The notes: generated by a model from the letters alone, not told the origin. A DNA stretch of 64,000 bases from Clostridiales bacterium (GCA_918292005.1 CAKJZJ010000011.1:18469-82468); one strand, 5' to 3'; shown: positions 45,550-56,449, numbered from the stretch's first letter. A program made the numbers and translations.

Positions 45550-47640
45550 TTAATCTTTATATTTGCCAACTAATTTAAGATCAACCTTACCATCATTAAT
45601 CTTGATACATTCTACTTCTACAGTATCACCAATATTAACGACATCTTCTACTTTTTCTACTCTCTTATTGGAAAGTTTGGAGATGTGAATCATACCTTCT
45701 TTATTGAATCCCAATTCTACAAATGCGCCGAATTGAAGAATTCTAACAACTTTACCAGTATAAATTTTACCTACTTCTATGTCTTCTGCGATAGATAGAA
45801 TAATCTCTTTTGCCCTATTGGATTTTTCTTGATCTACACCACAAATCATTACTAGTCCATCATCTTCGATATCAATTTTTACACCAGTTTCTTCGATAAT
45901 TTTATTAATCATCTTACCACCAGAACCAATAACGTCCTTAATCTTGTCTGGATTGATAGTAAATGAAATAATCTTTGGAGCATAAGGACTGAGTTCTTTT
46001 CTAGGCTCAGACAATACTGCATTCATCTTATTCAAAATGAATAATCTACCATCTCTAGCTCTAGACAATGCTTCTCTCAAAATCTTTTCATCAATACCTT
46101 TGATTTTTATATCCATTTGTATTGCTGTGATACCTTTTGTAGTACCAGCAACCTTAAAGTCCATATCACCCAAGAAATCTTCTAGACCTTGTATGTCTGT
46201 AAGAATGGCAACTTTGCCGGATTTCTCGTCTTTAATAAGACCCATAGCACAACCAGCAACTGGAGCCTTGATAGGAACACCGGCATCCATTAATGCAAGT
46301 GTACTACCACATACAGAAGCCTGTGATGTAGAACCATTGGAACTCATAACATCACTAACTGTTCTAATAGCATATGGGAATTCTTCTTCACTAGGAAGTA
46401 CTGGAACAAGCGCTCTTTCTGCGAGTGCTCCGTGACCTATTTCTCTACGACCAGCAGATTTTAGAGATTTAGCCTCACCAGTAGAATATCCTGGGAAATT
46501 GTAGTGATGCATATATCTCTTTTCTTCTTCATCATCTAGTCCGTCTAAAATCTGAGTATCACGTAAACTACCAAGAGTACATGTAGATAATACTTGTGTC
46601 TCACCTCTAGTAAATACTGCACTACCATGAACTCTAGGCAAAATACCTACTTCACACCAGATAGGTCTAATTTCATCTAGTTTTCTACCATCTGGACGAA
46701 TACCCTTCTCTAGTATCTTAGAACGCATAATCTCTTTTTTAACTTTGTACAAAACATCTAATATTTGTCTCTGACAATCTGGATATGTCTCTGCAAAATG
46801 TTCTAGAATCTCATTATTGGCTACTTCTTCTGCAGCTTCTCTCTCATGTCTATCTAGATGTTCCATAACTTTTTCCATAATAGGATAGCCGAATTCTCTA
46901 ACATCTTTCTCTAGAGTTTCATCTATTACATAGTATGGGATATTTTCATTTTTGGTAACACCGAGTTCTTTTGCAATTTTTTCTTGGAATGCAACCTGTT
47001 TTTTGATTTCTTCATGAGCAAAAAGAATACCTTGAAGCATTTCTTCTTCACTCACTTCGTTAGCACCAGCCTCAACCATCAAAATTGCATCTTTTGTACC
47101 AGCAACTTTTAGGTCTATGAGAGATTTTTCTCTTTGCTCGCTAGTAGGATTAATAATATACTTGCCATCAATATAAGCAACTTGACAACTACCTGTAGGA
47201 CCAGCAAATGGAATATCGCTGATAGTCAATGCGATTGATGAAGCAAACATAGCAAGTGGCTCTGGTGCAACATCATAATCTACACTAAGTGGTGTAGCTA
47301 TTACTGTAACATCATTAAAAAATCCCTTTGGAAATAATGGTCTAAGTGGTCTATCAATCAATCTAGATACTAAGATTGCTTGATCGGTAGGTCTACCCTC
47401 ACGCTTTTTGAATCCACCTGGAATTTTGCCTACAGCATAGAGTTTTTCTTCAAAGTCTACACTGAGTGGGAAAAAGTCTTGACCTGGACGAGGCTCTTTG
47501 CTCATACAGGTATTACACATAACTACAGTGTCTCCACATCTTACCACACAATGACCATTGGTCTGCATAGCATATTTACCAATTTCTACTGTTACTTCTT
47601 TTCCGCCAATTTCTGTTTTAAACTCTTTAAAATCTTTCAT
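45550..47640 (-). CDS. pnp: polyribonucleotide nucleotidyltransferase (PNPase)
   Basis: Two RNase PH domains plus KH and S1 (GKIYTGKVVRILQFGAFVEL). ATG 47640 lies just downstream of AAAGGAGAG, so the track start 47664 is probably too long. Confidence 0.95.
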   Translation of the reverse strand: MKDFKEFKTEIGGKEVTVEIGKYAMQTNGHCVVRCGDTVVMCNTCMSKEPRPGQDFFPLSVDFEEKLYAVGKIPGGFKKREGRPTDQAILVSRLIDRPLRPLFPKGFFNDVTVIATPLSVDYDVAPEPLAMFASSIALTISDIPFAGPTGSCQVAYIDGKYIINPTSEQREKSLIDLKVAGTKDAILMVEAGANEVSEEEMLQGILFAHEEIKKQVAFQEKIAKELGVTKNENIPYYVIDETLEKDVREFGYPIMEKVMEHLDRHEREAAEEVANNEILEHFAETYPDCQRQILDVLYKVKKEIMRSKILEKGIRPDGRKLDEIRPIWCEVGILPRVHGSAVFTRGETQVLSTCTLGSLRDTQILDGLDDEEEKRYMHHYNFPGYSTGEAKSLKSAGRREIGHGALAERALVPVLPSEEEFPYAIRTVSDVMSSNGSTSQASVCGSTLALMDAGVPIKAPVAGCAMGLIKDEKSGKVAILTDIQGLEDFLGDMDFKVAGTTKGITAIQMDIKIKGIDEKILREALSRARDGRLFILNKMNAVLSEPRKELSPYAPKIISFTINPDKIKDVIGSGGKMINKIIEETGVKIDIEDDGLVMICGVDQEKSNRAKEIILSIAEDIEVGKIYTGKVVRILQFGAFVELGFNKEGMIHISKLSNKRVEKVEDVVNIGDTVEVECIKINDGKVDLKLVGKYKD

Positions 47641-47661
47641 TTTCTCTCCTTTATTTAAAAA

Positions 47662-47687
47662 CAAGCGAAAGGATAATCTTTCGCTTG
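47662..47687 (-). terminator. rpsO terminator / pnp leader hairpin
   Basis: 10-bp perfect stem CAAGCGAAAG / CTTTCGCTTG with a 6-nt loop. On the minus strand it is followed by TTTTT and then the pnp SD. Confidence 0.7.
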
Positions 47688-47698
47688 AATTAGTTAAA

Positions 47699-47962
47699 TT
47701 AACGAATGTTTAACTTATCTTTTAATGCTCTGTATCCTTCAAGATTGGTTCTTTCCATATATCTAAGTAGATTCTTTCTGTGGCTAACCAATTTTAAAAG
47801 ACCTCTACGAGAATGGTTATCATTAGGATTCTGTTTAAGATGCTCGGTTAATTCGTTGATTCTAGCAGATAGAATAGCGATTTGAACTTCGCAAGAACCT
47901 GTATCTCCCTCTTTGGTAGCATACTTTTTGATAACTTCCTGTTTCTTTTCCTTTGAAATCAT
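47699..47962 (-). CDS. rpsO: 30S ribosomal protein S15
   Basis: 87 aa, [20 protein letters not shown]. Conserved rpsO-pnp order. Confidence 0.95.
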   Translation of the reverse strand: MISKEKKQEVIKKYATKEGDTGSCEVQIAILSARINELTEHLKQNPNDNHSRRGLLKLVSHRKNLLRYMERTNLEGYRALKDKLNIR

Positions 47963-48048
47963 AATTTTTCTCCTTTAATATTTAATTTGCCAATAACCAA
48001 GACTAAACTATGGAGATTAGATTAGACCTAGCCATAGGTAACGGACAT

Positions 48049-48077
48049 AGTATAACAAATAACTTTACTAAAGTAAA
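48049..48077 (-). promoter_or_regulatory. candidate rpsO promoter
   Basis: Sense strand reads TTTACT (48077-48072), 17 nt, TGtTATACT (-10 at 48054-48049). This leaves a leader of roughly 80-85 nt. Confidence 0.35.
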
Positions 48078-48105
48078 CTACTTTTTAAAAATTTCTATAT
48101 AAATA

Positions 48106-49515
48106 TTATTTAAATAAGCTATCTTTTTTAGCAATCATTTCGTCAATTCGAGAGATGTACTCTTGAATATTCTTTAGATTTGCAAATCTTTCAATCTTAT
48201 TTGTGCTAGAATAATACCTTTTTGATATTGCATTGGCACCACATGCAACGATTGAAGCAAATTCTTCCATGCTATCAATATTGAAAATGCAAGTATGTTT
48301 TTTGAAATATCCAATATTTTCTAGATTGCCAATCATATTCTTTTGCTTGTATAGATAGTAGGGTTTATATCCAGCATCGGTCAAAGCTTTATGAGAATAT
48401 TCAATCATTTTGAATACTTCATTTTCTTCTGATTTATTGGCATTTTTTTCTTTTAATTCACTACCATTTTTCACTGATAAAGTATGTACAGTAATATTCT
48501 CTGGTGCAAATTCTATGGCTTTATTTATGCTTTTTTTGAAAGTAGATAGTTTTTCTGAACCCAAACCTGCTATCATATCCATATTAATATCGAAGTCATA
48601 ATTAAGTGCCAATTTATATGCATCCAATATATCCTGGGCAGTATGATTACGCCCTATTTCTTTCAAAGTTTTATTGCAGAAAGTTTGTGGATTGATACTA
48701 ATACGTGTCACGCCATGTTTTTTCAAAACATCTAATTTTTCTTTCGTAATTGTATCAGGACGTCCACACTCGACTGTAAACTCACTTACATCATAGCCCA
48801 GAGTACTGAGAAGTCTATCTAATTGACTTTCACTTAAAATAGTTGGAGTACCACCACCTATATAAATTGACTTCACAATATATGCCCTAGTTTTCAGCAT
48901 TTTTTTAGTTTTATTTATTTCATAAATAAGTGCATCAAGGTATGGCTCCAATAAATCAGCACATTTATTAATTGGTGCAGAAATAAATGAACAATAGTAA
49001 CATTTGCTAGGACAGAATGGAATATTGATATACAAATCAACCAAACAATCATTTTTTACGATTCCTTGTTGATTTTTTATAATCTCACGAGTCAAGCAAG
49101 CCTTTTCAAAAGTTACATCAAAATCTTCTGTAAATAACTTCATTGCCTTATTGGTGTCGCCATGATTTTCCACAATTAATTCATAGTATAATTTAGTTGG
49201 TCTGATACCAGTCAAACTTCCCCATGGTAAAATTTTATTTGGGAATAAATGCCTTAAATAAGCATAAAAAGCCAACTTTGCATACCTTTTAAAATATCTA
49301 TTTGGAAAAGATTTATTTATGATACAATCATCTCTATCCACCACATAATCATCTAGCGAACTAGTCACATGAGTGTGAATTTTATTACCGGAAACAATCT
49401 GCTCAACAGAAAAAGTATGAGTAAGATTATCTATCTCATCATTAGAATAGAACAACTTTAAAACCAAAAGCAATTCTTCATTAAATTTTTCATTATTTGT
49501 GATAATATTAATCAT
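48106..49515 (-). CDS. hemZ: radical-SAM coproporphyrinogen dehydrogenase-like protein (HemN/HemZ family)
   Basis: Radical-SAM CPSKCYYCSF preceded by a ~150-aa N-terminal extension. Lies downstream of relA, as in Clostridia. Confidence 0.7.
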   Translation of the reverse strand: MINIITNNEKFNEELLLVLKLFYSNDEIDNLTHTFSVEQIVSGNKIHTHVTSSLDDYVVDRDDCIINKSFPNRYFKRYAKLAFYAYLRHLFPNKILPWGSLTGIRPTKLYYELIVENHGDTNKAMKLFTEDFDVTFEKACLTREIIKNQQGIVKNDCLVDLYINIPFCPSKCYYCSFISAPINKCADLLEPYLDALIYEINKTKKMLKTRAYIVKSIYIGGGTPTILSESQLDRLLSTLGYDVSEFTVECGRPDTITKEKLDVLKKHGVTRISINPQTFCNKTLKEIGRNHTAQDILDAYKLALNYDFDINMDMIAGLGSEKLSTFKKSINKAIEFAPENITVHTLSVKNGSELKEKNANKSEENEVFKMIEYSHKALTDAGYKPYYLYKQKNMIGNLENIGYFKKHTCIFNIDSMEEFASIVACGANAISKRYYSSTNKIERFANLKNIQEYISRIDEMIAKKDSLFK

Positions 49516-51698
49516 TATGCTGTCCTATGTACTTCTATTGCAAAACTAAGTGTTGATAATTTATTGATAATGTAATCCAATTCTGATTTATCTTTTATAT
49601 TTAATTGAACATTAATCATTGCTTGATTATTCTCACGTTTCTTCGCAACCAAGCCTACCATGGATACCTTTTCATCACTCAATTTTTTAGTAACTTTGGC
49701 AACCAAACCTGGTATATCATTTGCAATAATTGTAATAGAACCAATAAAACTTTTATTGCTATTTCCGTGCCAATCACATTCAATTAGTCGCTCAAACTCA
49801 TAATTTTTTAAAGCTTCGCAATCTTTTCTGTGAATGGTTATACCATTTCCCCTAGAGATGTAACCAACAATCTCATCGCCTGGTAATGGATTACAACATT
49901 TAGCCAATTTGGTCATTAGATTAGAAAAGCCTTTGACAATAATATCACCATCATTTTTATATTCGGAAAGAGTATATTCTTTTTCCGATTCTTTCTCTAC
50001 AATGTGATCAGCACAATACAAGGCATTGAGTTTATTGAGAATTTGATTAGCAGTAATGCCACCATAACCAATAGAAGCATACATATCTTCAATACTCTGA
50101 AAACTATATTTATCAAAAACTTCATCTAGGTAATCATTAACCATCAATTTGGCTAAATTATAATTTTTCACTTTAGCAGCATATTCAAGAATTGATTTAC
50201 CTTTCTTTATATTATCTTCCTTCATTTCTTTTTTAAAGAAGGCATTGATTTTTGACCTAGCAGCATTAGTTTTTACAAACTTAAGCCAATCACGAGATGG
50301 ACCCTTTGCATTAGGATTGGTGATAATCTCTACAACATCACCACTATTCATTTGAGTATTCAAAGGCACCATTCTACCATTAATCTTTGCACCGACACAA
50401 GTATTGCCAATATTGCTATGAATGGTATAGGCAAAGTCCACAGGAGTAGAACCTTCTGGAAAGTCAATAATTTTACCCATAGGAGATTGTACAAATATTC
50501 TACCACTATATACATCTGTTTTCATGATGTCTAGTAATTCATTATTTGATTTATCCTTGTGCAAATCCATAATGGAACGAATGTAATTAATTCTAACTCC
50601 ACTCTCATCTACTTTCTTTTTTTCTTTGTAAGCCCAGTGAGCAGCAAAACCATATTCGGCATATGTGTGCATATCGAAGGTACGAATCTGTACTTCAACA
50701 GGATCGCCATTGTCTAGAATGACTGCTGTATGTAGAGACTGATAACCATTCTCTTTTGGATTGGCAATATAATCTTTAAAATTTCCCAAAGGTTTAAATA
50801 AAGTAAATACCTTACCAAGAGCAGTATAACACTGGTCTACTGTATCAACTAGAATTCTAACAGCCAATATGTCCATTATTTGATTTAATTTATTCTCATA
50901 GAATGTACCTGCATCAGCTACTTTATTTAGAAAATCATTTCTACCATAAATATCATTGATGGTATTGACACCCATATTTTTGCTCTGTAATTTTTTCGCA
51001 ATACTGTAAAGTTGTTTCTGTCTACCATATACGACTACATTAGGACAAATGGAAACCATCTCACCTTTAATCTTTTTTATCACTTCCTGTATTTGAGCAT
51101 TTCTCTCTTCAACAAAAACATTCAATGCAGAACTCAATTCATCATACATCTTTGGACGATAATATTTAAAAGTAGCATTACCAAATTCATTTCTTATCTG
51201 ACTCAAACCAAGCATTTGACAAATAGGAAAATAAATATCTGTAATCTCCTGCATATAACTAGCCTTTGCATCTTCAGTAAAACAATCCATAAAATCAAGT
51301 TTAGATTCTTCTATGCAAAGTTTGATAATAATGACACGAATATCTTTAGCAAGAGCAATAAACATCTTTTTAATATTCTCTAATTGTTCTTGGTATGTAG
51401 AAAGATTTAGACTCTCAATTTTTTCTAGTCTAGAAAATATGGAACGAATATCATCACTCAATTCATCCAAGTTGATTGCATCATGATTATTTTTAAACGC
51501 AGGATAAATAAGACCTATTATTACACTATCCAAATCCAATCTATTTTTCATAATAGACCTGGAAATTTTGAATGCAAATTTTTCAGTGTAAAGACCAGAA
51601 TCAGAATAGTAACATTTGATTTTTTGATATGTATCATCAACATATTTACATTCGGATTCATCATATAGATTTTTCAACTCATTGAAAAAGTTATCCAT
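49515..51698 (-). CDS. relA: long RelA/SpoT homolog: (p)ppGpp synthetase with an apparently degenerate hydrolase domain
   Basis: Synthetase motifs are intact (YGRQKQLYSIAKKL, DILAVRILV, GYQSLHTAV, EVQIRTFDMHTYAEYGFAAHWAYKE), and TGS and ACT regions are present. HD-domain residues are replaced (LIYPAFKNN in place of LLHDVVEDT). Confidence 0.88.
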   Translation of the reverse strand: MDNFFNELKNLYDESECKYVDDTYQKIKCYYSDSGLYTEKFAFKISRSIMKNRLDLDSVIIGLIYPAFKNNHDAINLDELSDDIRSIFSRLEKIESLNLSTYQEQLENIKKMFIALAKDIRVIIIKLCIEESKLDFMDCFTEDAKASYMQEITDIYFPICQMLGLSQIRNEFGNATFKYYRPKMYDELSSALNVFVEERNAQIQEVIKKIKGEMVSICPNVVVYGRQKQLYSIAKKLQSKNMGVNTINDIYGRNDFLNKVADAGTFYENKLNQIMDILAVRILVDTVDQCYTALGKVFTLFKPLGNFKDYIANPKENGYQSLHTAVILDNGDPVEVQIRTFDMHTYAEYGFAAHWAYKEKKKVDESGVRINYIRSIMDLHKDKSNNELLDIMKTDVYSGRIFVQSPMGKIIDFPEGSTPVDFAYTIHSNIGNTCVGAKINGRMVPLNTQMNSGDVVEIITNPNAKGPSRDWLKFVKTNAARSKINAFFKKEMKEDNIKKGKSILEYAAKVKNYNLAKLMVNDYLDEVFDKYSFQSIEDMYASIGYGGITANQILNKLNALYCADHIVEKESEKEYTLSEYKNDGDIIVKGFSNLMTKLAKCCNPLPGDEIVGYISRGNGITIHRKDCEALKNYEFERLIECDWHGNSNKSFIGSITIIANDIPGLVAKVTKKLSDEKVSMVGLVAKKRENNQAMINVQLNIKDKSELDYIINKLSTLSFAIEVHRTA

Positions 51699-51706
51699 AA
51701 TATCTC

Positions 51707-54091
51707 CTATTTTTTATCAATTTTATTCAAAAATTCAAAAACAAAATTATATATGCTAGATTTCTCTAATTTGCTCTTATTGTCAGTAATTGTCATGTTA
51801 TTGTCAGAAAATACTAGGATACCTAACTCAAACATAACCATATAGAAAAAGATGAATTCATTAAATTTAATATTCTTTAATTTTAAATTATTCTTCTTTA
51901 AATTATAAAAGTAAGAAATCAAGTCATACACATTGTTATTATTGCTTGATTTTACAGCATTCATAATAGTAGCAAAAGTATCTCTACTAACATCCAAATT
52001 TTTGAACAATTCTAGATTTATACCATTATCTGTAGTATATATTTTATTGAATTTGGTAGATAAATAATTTAGGTATCCAGAGCACAAATAACTATCAAGA
52101 ATAAATATATAATTGTAATCTTTTAGATTGATATCACAACTAGGTGAAAATATAATTACATTCTCGCCACAAGCATTATTGATATCAAACATCTCATAAT
52201 TATTTATCTCTGGCAATGCTTTGCATACATTAAAATATGTATCCATATTGCTTATAAGAATTGCTGTACCGAACTTACTCTTTTTACAATGTAAATGTAT
52301 TTTATCAATTATTTTATCAAAACTTAGATTTATACAATTTAGATATTCACTTTTATAATTAATATATTTTAATTGAGATATATAATTGGCAGATATGATT
52401 TCACTTTTGGTTTCTGTATTAAGTTTGGAATAATTAATATATCGAATAATACCACTTATCCTTTCTTTATTGCCATACTTCTCTAGCGACAATTCTACTA
52501 TTGCTTCTTTTTTGCAATTAACATTCAAATTGTAATAGTACTCACTTTTAGAAAACCCAACAAGGTTTATATCACCCTGTTTCAATCTAATATGTTGTGG
52601 ATAATTGGACATACGTACAGCATTATTACCCGTTATTGCCAATCTAAATAATGGTTTTTCATTTTTAAAACCACAAGGCTCAAATATATCTAATTCTTTT
52701 ATAAACTCTGGTGTTATATTTGTATCTGAAATATCCAAATCATAGTACTTACGAACTAATAAGTCAGTTTCATTTGTATTCTTTAAAACATAGTCGTTAA
52801 TTCTTGTTCTAAACTCTTTTAAGTTCTTTTTTTCTATGGATAGTCCACCTGCTTGATTATGACCACCAAATCTAATAAGTAAATCTTTTACTGATGTAAG
52901 AGCATCAAATATATTTACACCAGGAATACTCCTGCAACTCCCTTTATATTCACCATCTAATAAACTAAGAAGACATGCTGGTTTATTGTATTTCTCTACT
53001 AATTTTGAGCATATTATACCTAAAACACCACTTTCCCATTCGTCATTGTATAGAACAATCATGCCTAGTCTAGCAATATTGGTATCTTTTAACATTTCAC
53101 ATGCAGATTCAAATATTTTATTTGTTTCTTCTACACGTCTATTATTTAATTCAAGCAAAAAATCAATATTCTTTTTTATCTCTTTATCATCATTCAATAC
53201 ATACAAATAAAAAGATATTAGAGCATCTCCCATTCTACCGGTAGCATTAATTTTAGGCGCAATTTTGAATGAAATATCTGCACTAGTCAAAGGTAATGAA
53301 ATCTTTAGTACAGAACATAATTGTTTTAAACCTTTAGGTAATTGATCTTTTTGTCTCTCCAAACCCATTTTAACTATAGCTCTATTTTCGTCCATAAGTG
53401 GCACAATATCTGCCACTGTGGCAAGAGTAGCAATGGTAACATATTTGACTGCTTCATCTATTCCACCTAGAGCCTGAACTAATTTAAGGGCAACGCCAGC
53501 CCCACACAATTCTTTGAATGGATATAATTGATTATCTAATTTTGGATTAATTATTAGCGTATCTGGTATAATATCAGGTATATCATGATGGTCGGTAACT
53601 ATAATATCAATACCTAGTTTTTTGCAATAAGCAATTTCTTCTACGCACGTAATACCACAATCCACTGTAATAATTAGGTCTGGATTATATAATGATTTTA
53701 CCTTATCCAAACTATCCACAGTAAGACCATACCCATCAACAACTCTATTAGGTAAAAACACATTTACTTTGGTATGAATACTTTCAAAATATTTATATAG
53801 AATAGCAGATGCACTAATACCATCGGTGTCATAGTCGCCCATAATTAAAATACTTTTATTTTCCGAAATGTAGTATTTAATCTTGTCAACAACAGCCTGC
53901 ATATTTCTCAATAAAAAGGGATTGTATAATTGAGTAACTCCTGGGTTTAAATATTTGGTTATTGCATCACTATTAGTTAAACCCTTTGAAAAAAGTAATT
54001 TAACTGTATCTGTACAAAGGTTAAATTCACGTGAAATTTTCTCAATTTCTTTTATATTAAATTCATTTGTAGTCTTTTTTAAAAATTCCAT
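51707..54091 (-). CDS. recJ: single-stranded-DNA-specific exonuclease RecJ
   Basis: DHH motifs GDYDTDGISA, VDCG, VTDHHD. DHHA1 motif GGHNQAGG. Confidence 0.92.
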   Translation of the reverse strand: MEFLKKTTNEFNIKEIEKISREFNLCTDTVKLLFSKGLTNSDAITKYLNPGVTQLYNPFLLRNMQAVVDKIKYYISENKSILIMGDYDTDGISASAILYKYFESIHTKVNVFLPNRVVDGYGLTVDSLDKVKSLYNPDLIITVDCGITCVEEIAYCKKLGIDIIVTDHHDIPDIIPDTLIINPKLDNQLYPFKELCGAGVALKLVQALGGIDEAVKYVTIATLATVADIVPLMDENRAIVKMGLERQKDQLPKGLKQLCSVLKISLPLTSADISFKIAPKINATGRMGDALISFYLYVLNDDKEIKKNIDFLLELNNRRVEETNKIFESACEMLKDTNIARLGMIVLYNDEWESGVLGIICSKLVEKYNKPACLLSLLDGEYKGSCRSIPGVNIFDALTSVKDLLIRFGGHNQAGGLSIEKKNLKEFRTRINDYVLKNTNETDLLVRKYYDLDISDTNITPEFIKELDIFEPCGFKNEKPLFRLAITGNNAVRMSNYPQHIRLKQGDINLVGFSKSEYYYNLNVNCKKEAIVELSLEKYGNKERISGIIRYINYSKLNTETKSEIISANYISQLKYINYKSEYLNCINLSFDKIIDKIHLHCKKSKFGTAILISNMDTYFNVCKALPEINNYEMFDINNACGENVIIFSPSCDINLKDYNYIFILDSYLCSGYLNYLSTKFNKIYTTDNGINLELFKNLDVSRDTFATIMNAVKSSNNNNVYDLISYFYNLKKNNLKLKNIKFNEFIFFYMVMFELGILVFSDNNMTITDNKSKLEKSSIYNFVFEFLNKIDKK

Positions 54092-54114
54092 ATTTATATC
54101 CGATTTGCCGAAAA

Positions 54115-54142
54115 TAAGCCCTTTAATAATTTAAAGGGCTTA
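54115..54142 (-). terminator. terminator downstream of secF
   Basis: 12-bp perfect stem TAAGCCCTTTAA / TTAAAGGGCTTA with a 4-nt loop. On the minus strand it is followed by TTTT. Confidence 0.7.
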
Positions 54143-54153
54143 ATGTAATTAAA

Positions 54154-55176
54154 TTATACAAGGACTTTATCATCCTGTTTTTTATCTTTTTTATTATTTT
54201 CTGCTTCGATGCGTTTTTTAAGTCTATTATCCTTTGCTCTCTTATACCAGAATGACCAAAGACTGGTATAGAAAATAGTACTAATAAATAATGCAACAAA
54301 TATACCAACTATTATAGATAAAATGGTATAAATGAATGACAGGCCACCAAAGAACATAATTGCCAATAGTAATCCAATCAACATTGTAGTAACAATCAAT
54401 AGGATATTTTTAGTTTTACCAACAGCGTAATATACTCTATCTGCATTACTTGATTTAGCAAATTTATCTTCTTTTAAAGTACCTTTAATGCTATTATTAA
54501 TAATTGTTGCAAATAATACGGAGAGAATAGTCATAACGAAATATGATACAACAAAATTTAAATTTAAAGGTATTCTAGTTACCAACAATAATGCTGTATG
54601 CAAAGCAAGTCCACCCAATAATGCAAGTGATGATGTATAGCCTGCTACTAGATTGTATCTAATCCAATTATAAAAGAACACAAATGCTATAATACATAAT
54701 ATGGCAACACTGGATAGTAAAACCAATTGTCCAATACTACTAGGAATATTATCTTGCTTTTCTGAAGTATTGATAACAACTGAACTCTCTATACTATCTT
54801 GTGCCATAGTATACAATTTAGTCTCTATGTCAGATTTTAATGTATCAATCTGAGAATCTAGTTTATTATCAGTATTAACTATCTTCACTATCAAACCATT
54901 TTGAGCACCTTCACCGACTCTATCTATTCTATAATCGGCAAAGCCATCTTCTTTCATAATGGTATTTAGATTGGTCTCTAATGCTTTGTATTCGCTTTGA
55001 GATACGGTTGTACCAAATTTTACATTGAATGTTGTAACATTTCTAAAATCATAATCTAGATTAAATCCCCATATTGCACCAAAAACAATAGCAACAACAA
55101 GTACAACAATAGGCAACAACATCCAATATTTAAACTTAGAGATATAGTCAATTTTATTAGTATTATGCGATTTCAT
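54154..55176 (-). CDS. secF: protein translocase subunit SecF
   Basis: N-terminal TM helix, periplasmic-type domain, C-terminal 5-TM block. SD GGAGGAG. Overlaps the end of secD. Confidence 0.88.
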   Translation of the reverse strand: MKSHNTNKIDYISKFKYWMLLPIVVLVVAIVFGAIWGFNLDYDFRNVTTFNVKFGTTVSQSEYKALETNLNTIMKEDGFADYRIDRVGEGAQNGLIVKIVNTDNKLDSQIDTLKSDIETKLYTMAQDSIESSVVINTSEKQDNIPSSIGQLVLLSSVAILCIIAFVFFYNWIRYNLVAGYTSSLALLGGLALHTALLLVTRIPLNLNFVVSYFVMTILSVLFATIINNSIKGTLKEDKFAKSSNADRVYYAVGKTKNILLIVTTMLIGLLLAIMFFGGLSFIYTILSIIVGIFVALFISTIFYTSLWSFWYKRAKDNRLKKRIEAENNKKDKKQDDKVLV

Positions 55177-56449
55177 CTACATTCTCCTCCCTAACAAAAT
55201 TCACTTTCTTTTCATTTTTTAAATTGAATGCAGTATAATCTACAGCAAATACTTTATTCAACCACAGAGATGTAAATGCAGTACCAGCGAGTGTAATTAA
55301 ATAATTGAATGTAAACATTCTAATAGCACTGCTAGGCACAATCAACATCAGTAACATACCACCTGTAACAATCAATAATGTATCTAGGATATTGAATAAT
55401 GCACCCCTGTAGCCAGACGTAAATGATACTAGGAATTTTTTACCCATAGCATATTCTTTTTTGATAACATACAAATAATACATGTGTAAAGCAAAGTTTA
55501 GCACATAACCAAACAAGAAACCTAGCCAGCCTGCAAATGTAACCTGTAAATCTACACAGGCAGAAATGATAACAGATACCATTAATGCAAATAGAACAGA
55601 TAGGCAGGACACTAGTCCTAATTGTTTAAATAAAATGTATGCCAAAATAATACTAGCAACAATCAACGCGATTGTCACAATAGTCATGCCGAGCCTAGTA
55701 TAGTCACCAAATACAGCACCTACTTCTATATCATCTAGTTCTGTAGACATATTCACGCCAATAAGTGCACTTTCCAATTTTCTAGCATAAGATTGGCCAG
55801 ATTTTTTATCAGTAATACCTGCACCAGAAATAAAAGTATATCCATAATCATTTTTCTCAGTAACCTTAGGTGTAGAGAAAGGATTATCATAATCTTTATT
55901 CATATAGATATACATAGTCTGATCAGAAGAATTACTAACAGTTTCTGTTAAATCGGCGAATTTTTGTTTACCTTCTTTGTTGAATTCAATATATACACCA
56001 TGTGTAGTACCACTGAGCATATATTTAACAGATTCAATATCTTGACCACTAACTTTTACTTCTGCATCTGCACCCTTTTCAGATTTCATTTCCAAGAAAC
56101 CAACTACATAATTACTATTAATTGATGTAGCAGGAACTTCTATGGTGATTTTATCATCACTATTTAGATATACTTTTGCATCAGCAAAATCTTGATTCAA
56201 TAAATACTGAACCCTATCAACTGCCGTTTTATAGGCATTTTCTTTAGAACCTTTGTACCAGTCAGCAACTTCTAGGTCATAAGTATTTTTAACACCACCA
56301 CCGAGTTCCAAACCAAGTTGCAAATTACCAAGCCCTAAAAAATTGTAATTTGTACCAACTACAGGAAAGGAAACAAAAGTAAGAACAAGTGTCAATACAA
56401 TAAAAATGCTTGCTAGTACGTAATTTCTAATCGCTCTTTTTTTCTTCAT
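55163..56449 (-). CDS. secD: protein translocase subunit SecD
   Basis: N-terminal TM helix, GLELGGG motif, C-terminal 5-TM block. SD GGAGAG. Confidence 0.88.
   Translation of the reverse strand: MKKKRAIRNYVLASIFIVLTLVLTFVSFPVVGTNYNFLGLGNLQLGLELGGGVKNTYDLEVADWYKGSKENAYKTAVDRVQYLLNQDFADAKVYLNSDDKITIEVPATSINSNYVVGFLEMKSEKGADAEVKVSGQDIESVKYMLSGTTHGVYIEFNKEGKQKFADLTETVSNSSDQTMYIYMNKDYDNPFSTPKVTEKNDYGYTFISGAGITDKKSGQSYARKLESALIGVNMSTELDDIEVGAVFGDYTRLGMTIVTIALIVASIILAYILFKQLGLVSCLSVLFALMVSVIISACVDLQVTFAGWLGFLFGYVLNFALHMYYLYVIKKEYAMGKKFLVSFTSGYRGALFNILDTLLIVTGGMLLMLIVPSSAIRMFTFNYLITLAGTAFTSLWLNKVFAVDYTAFNLKNEKKVNFVREENVDEIA

Noticed and set aside
54123-54308. 61-aa minus-strand ORF overlapping the 3' end of secF and the secF terminator hairpin.
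   Set aside because: It lies in a different frame from secF and runs through the 12-bp terminator stem. It has no SD, so it is spurious.
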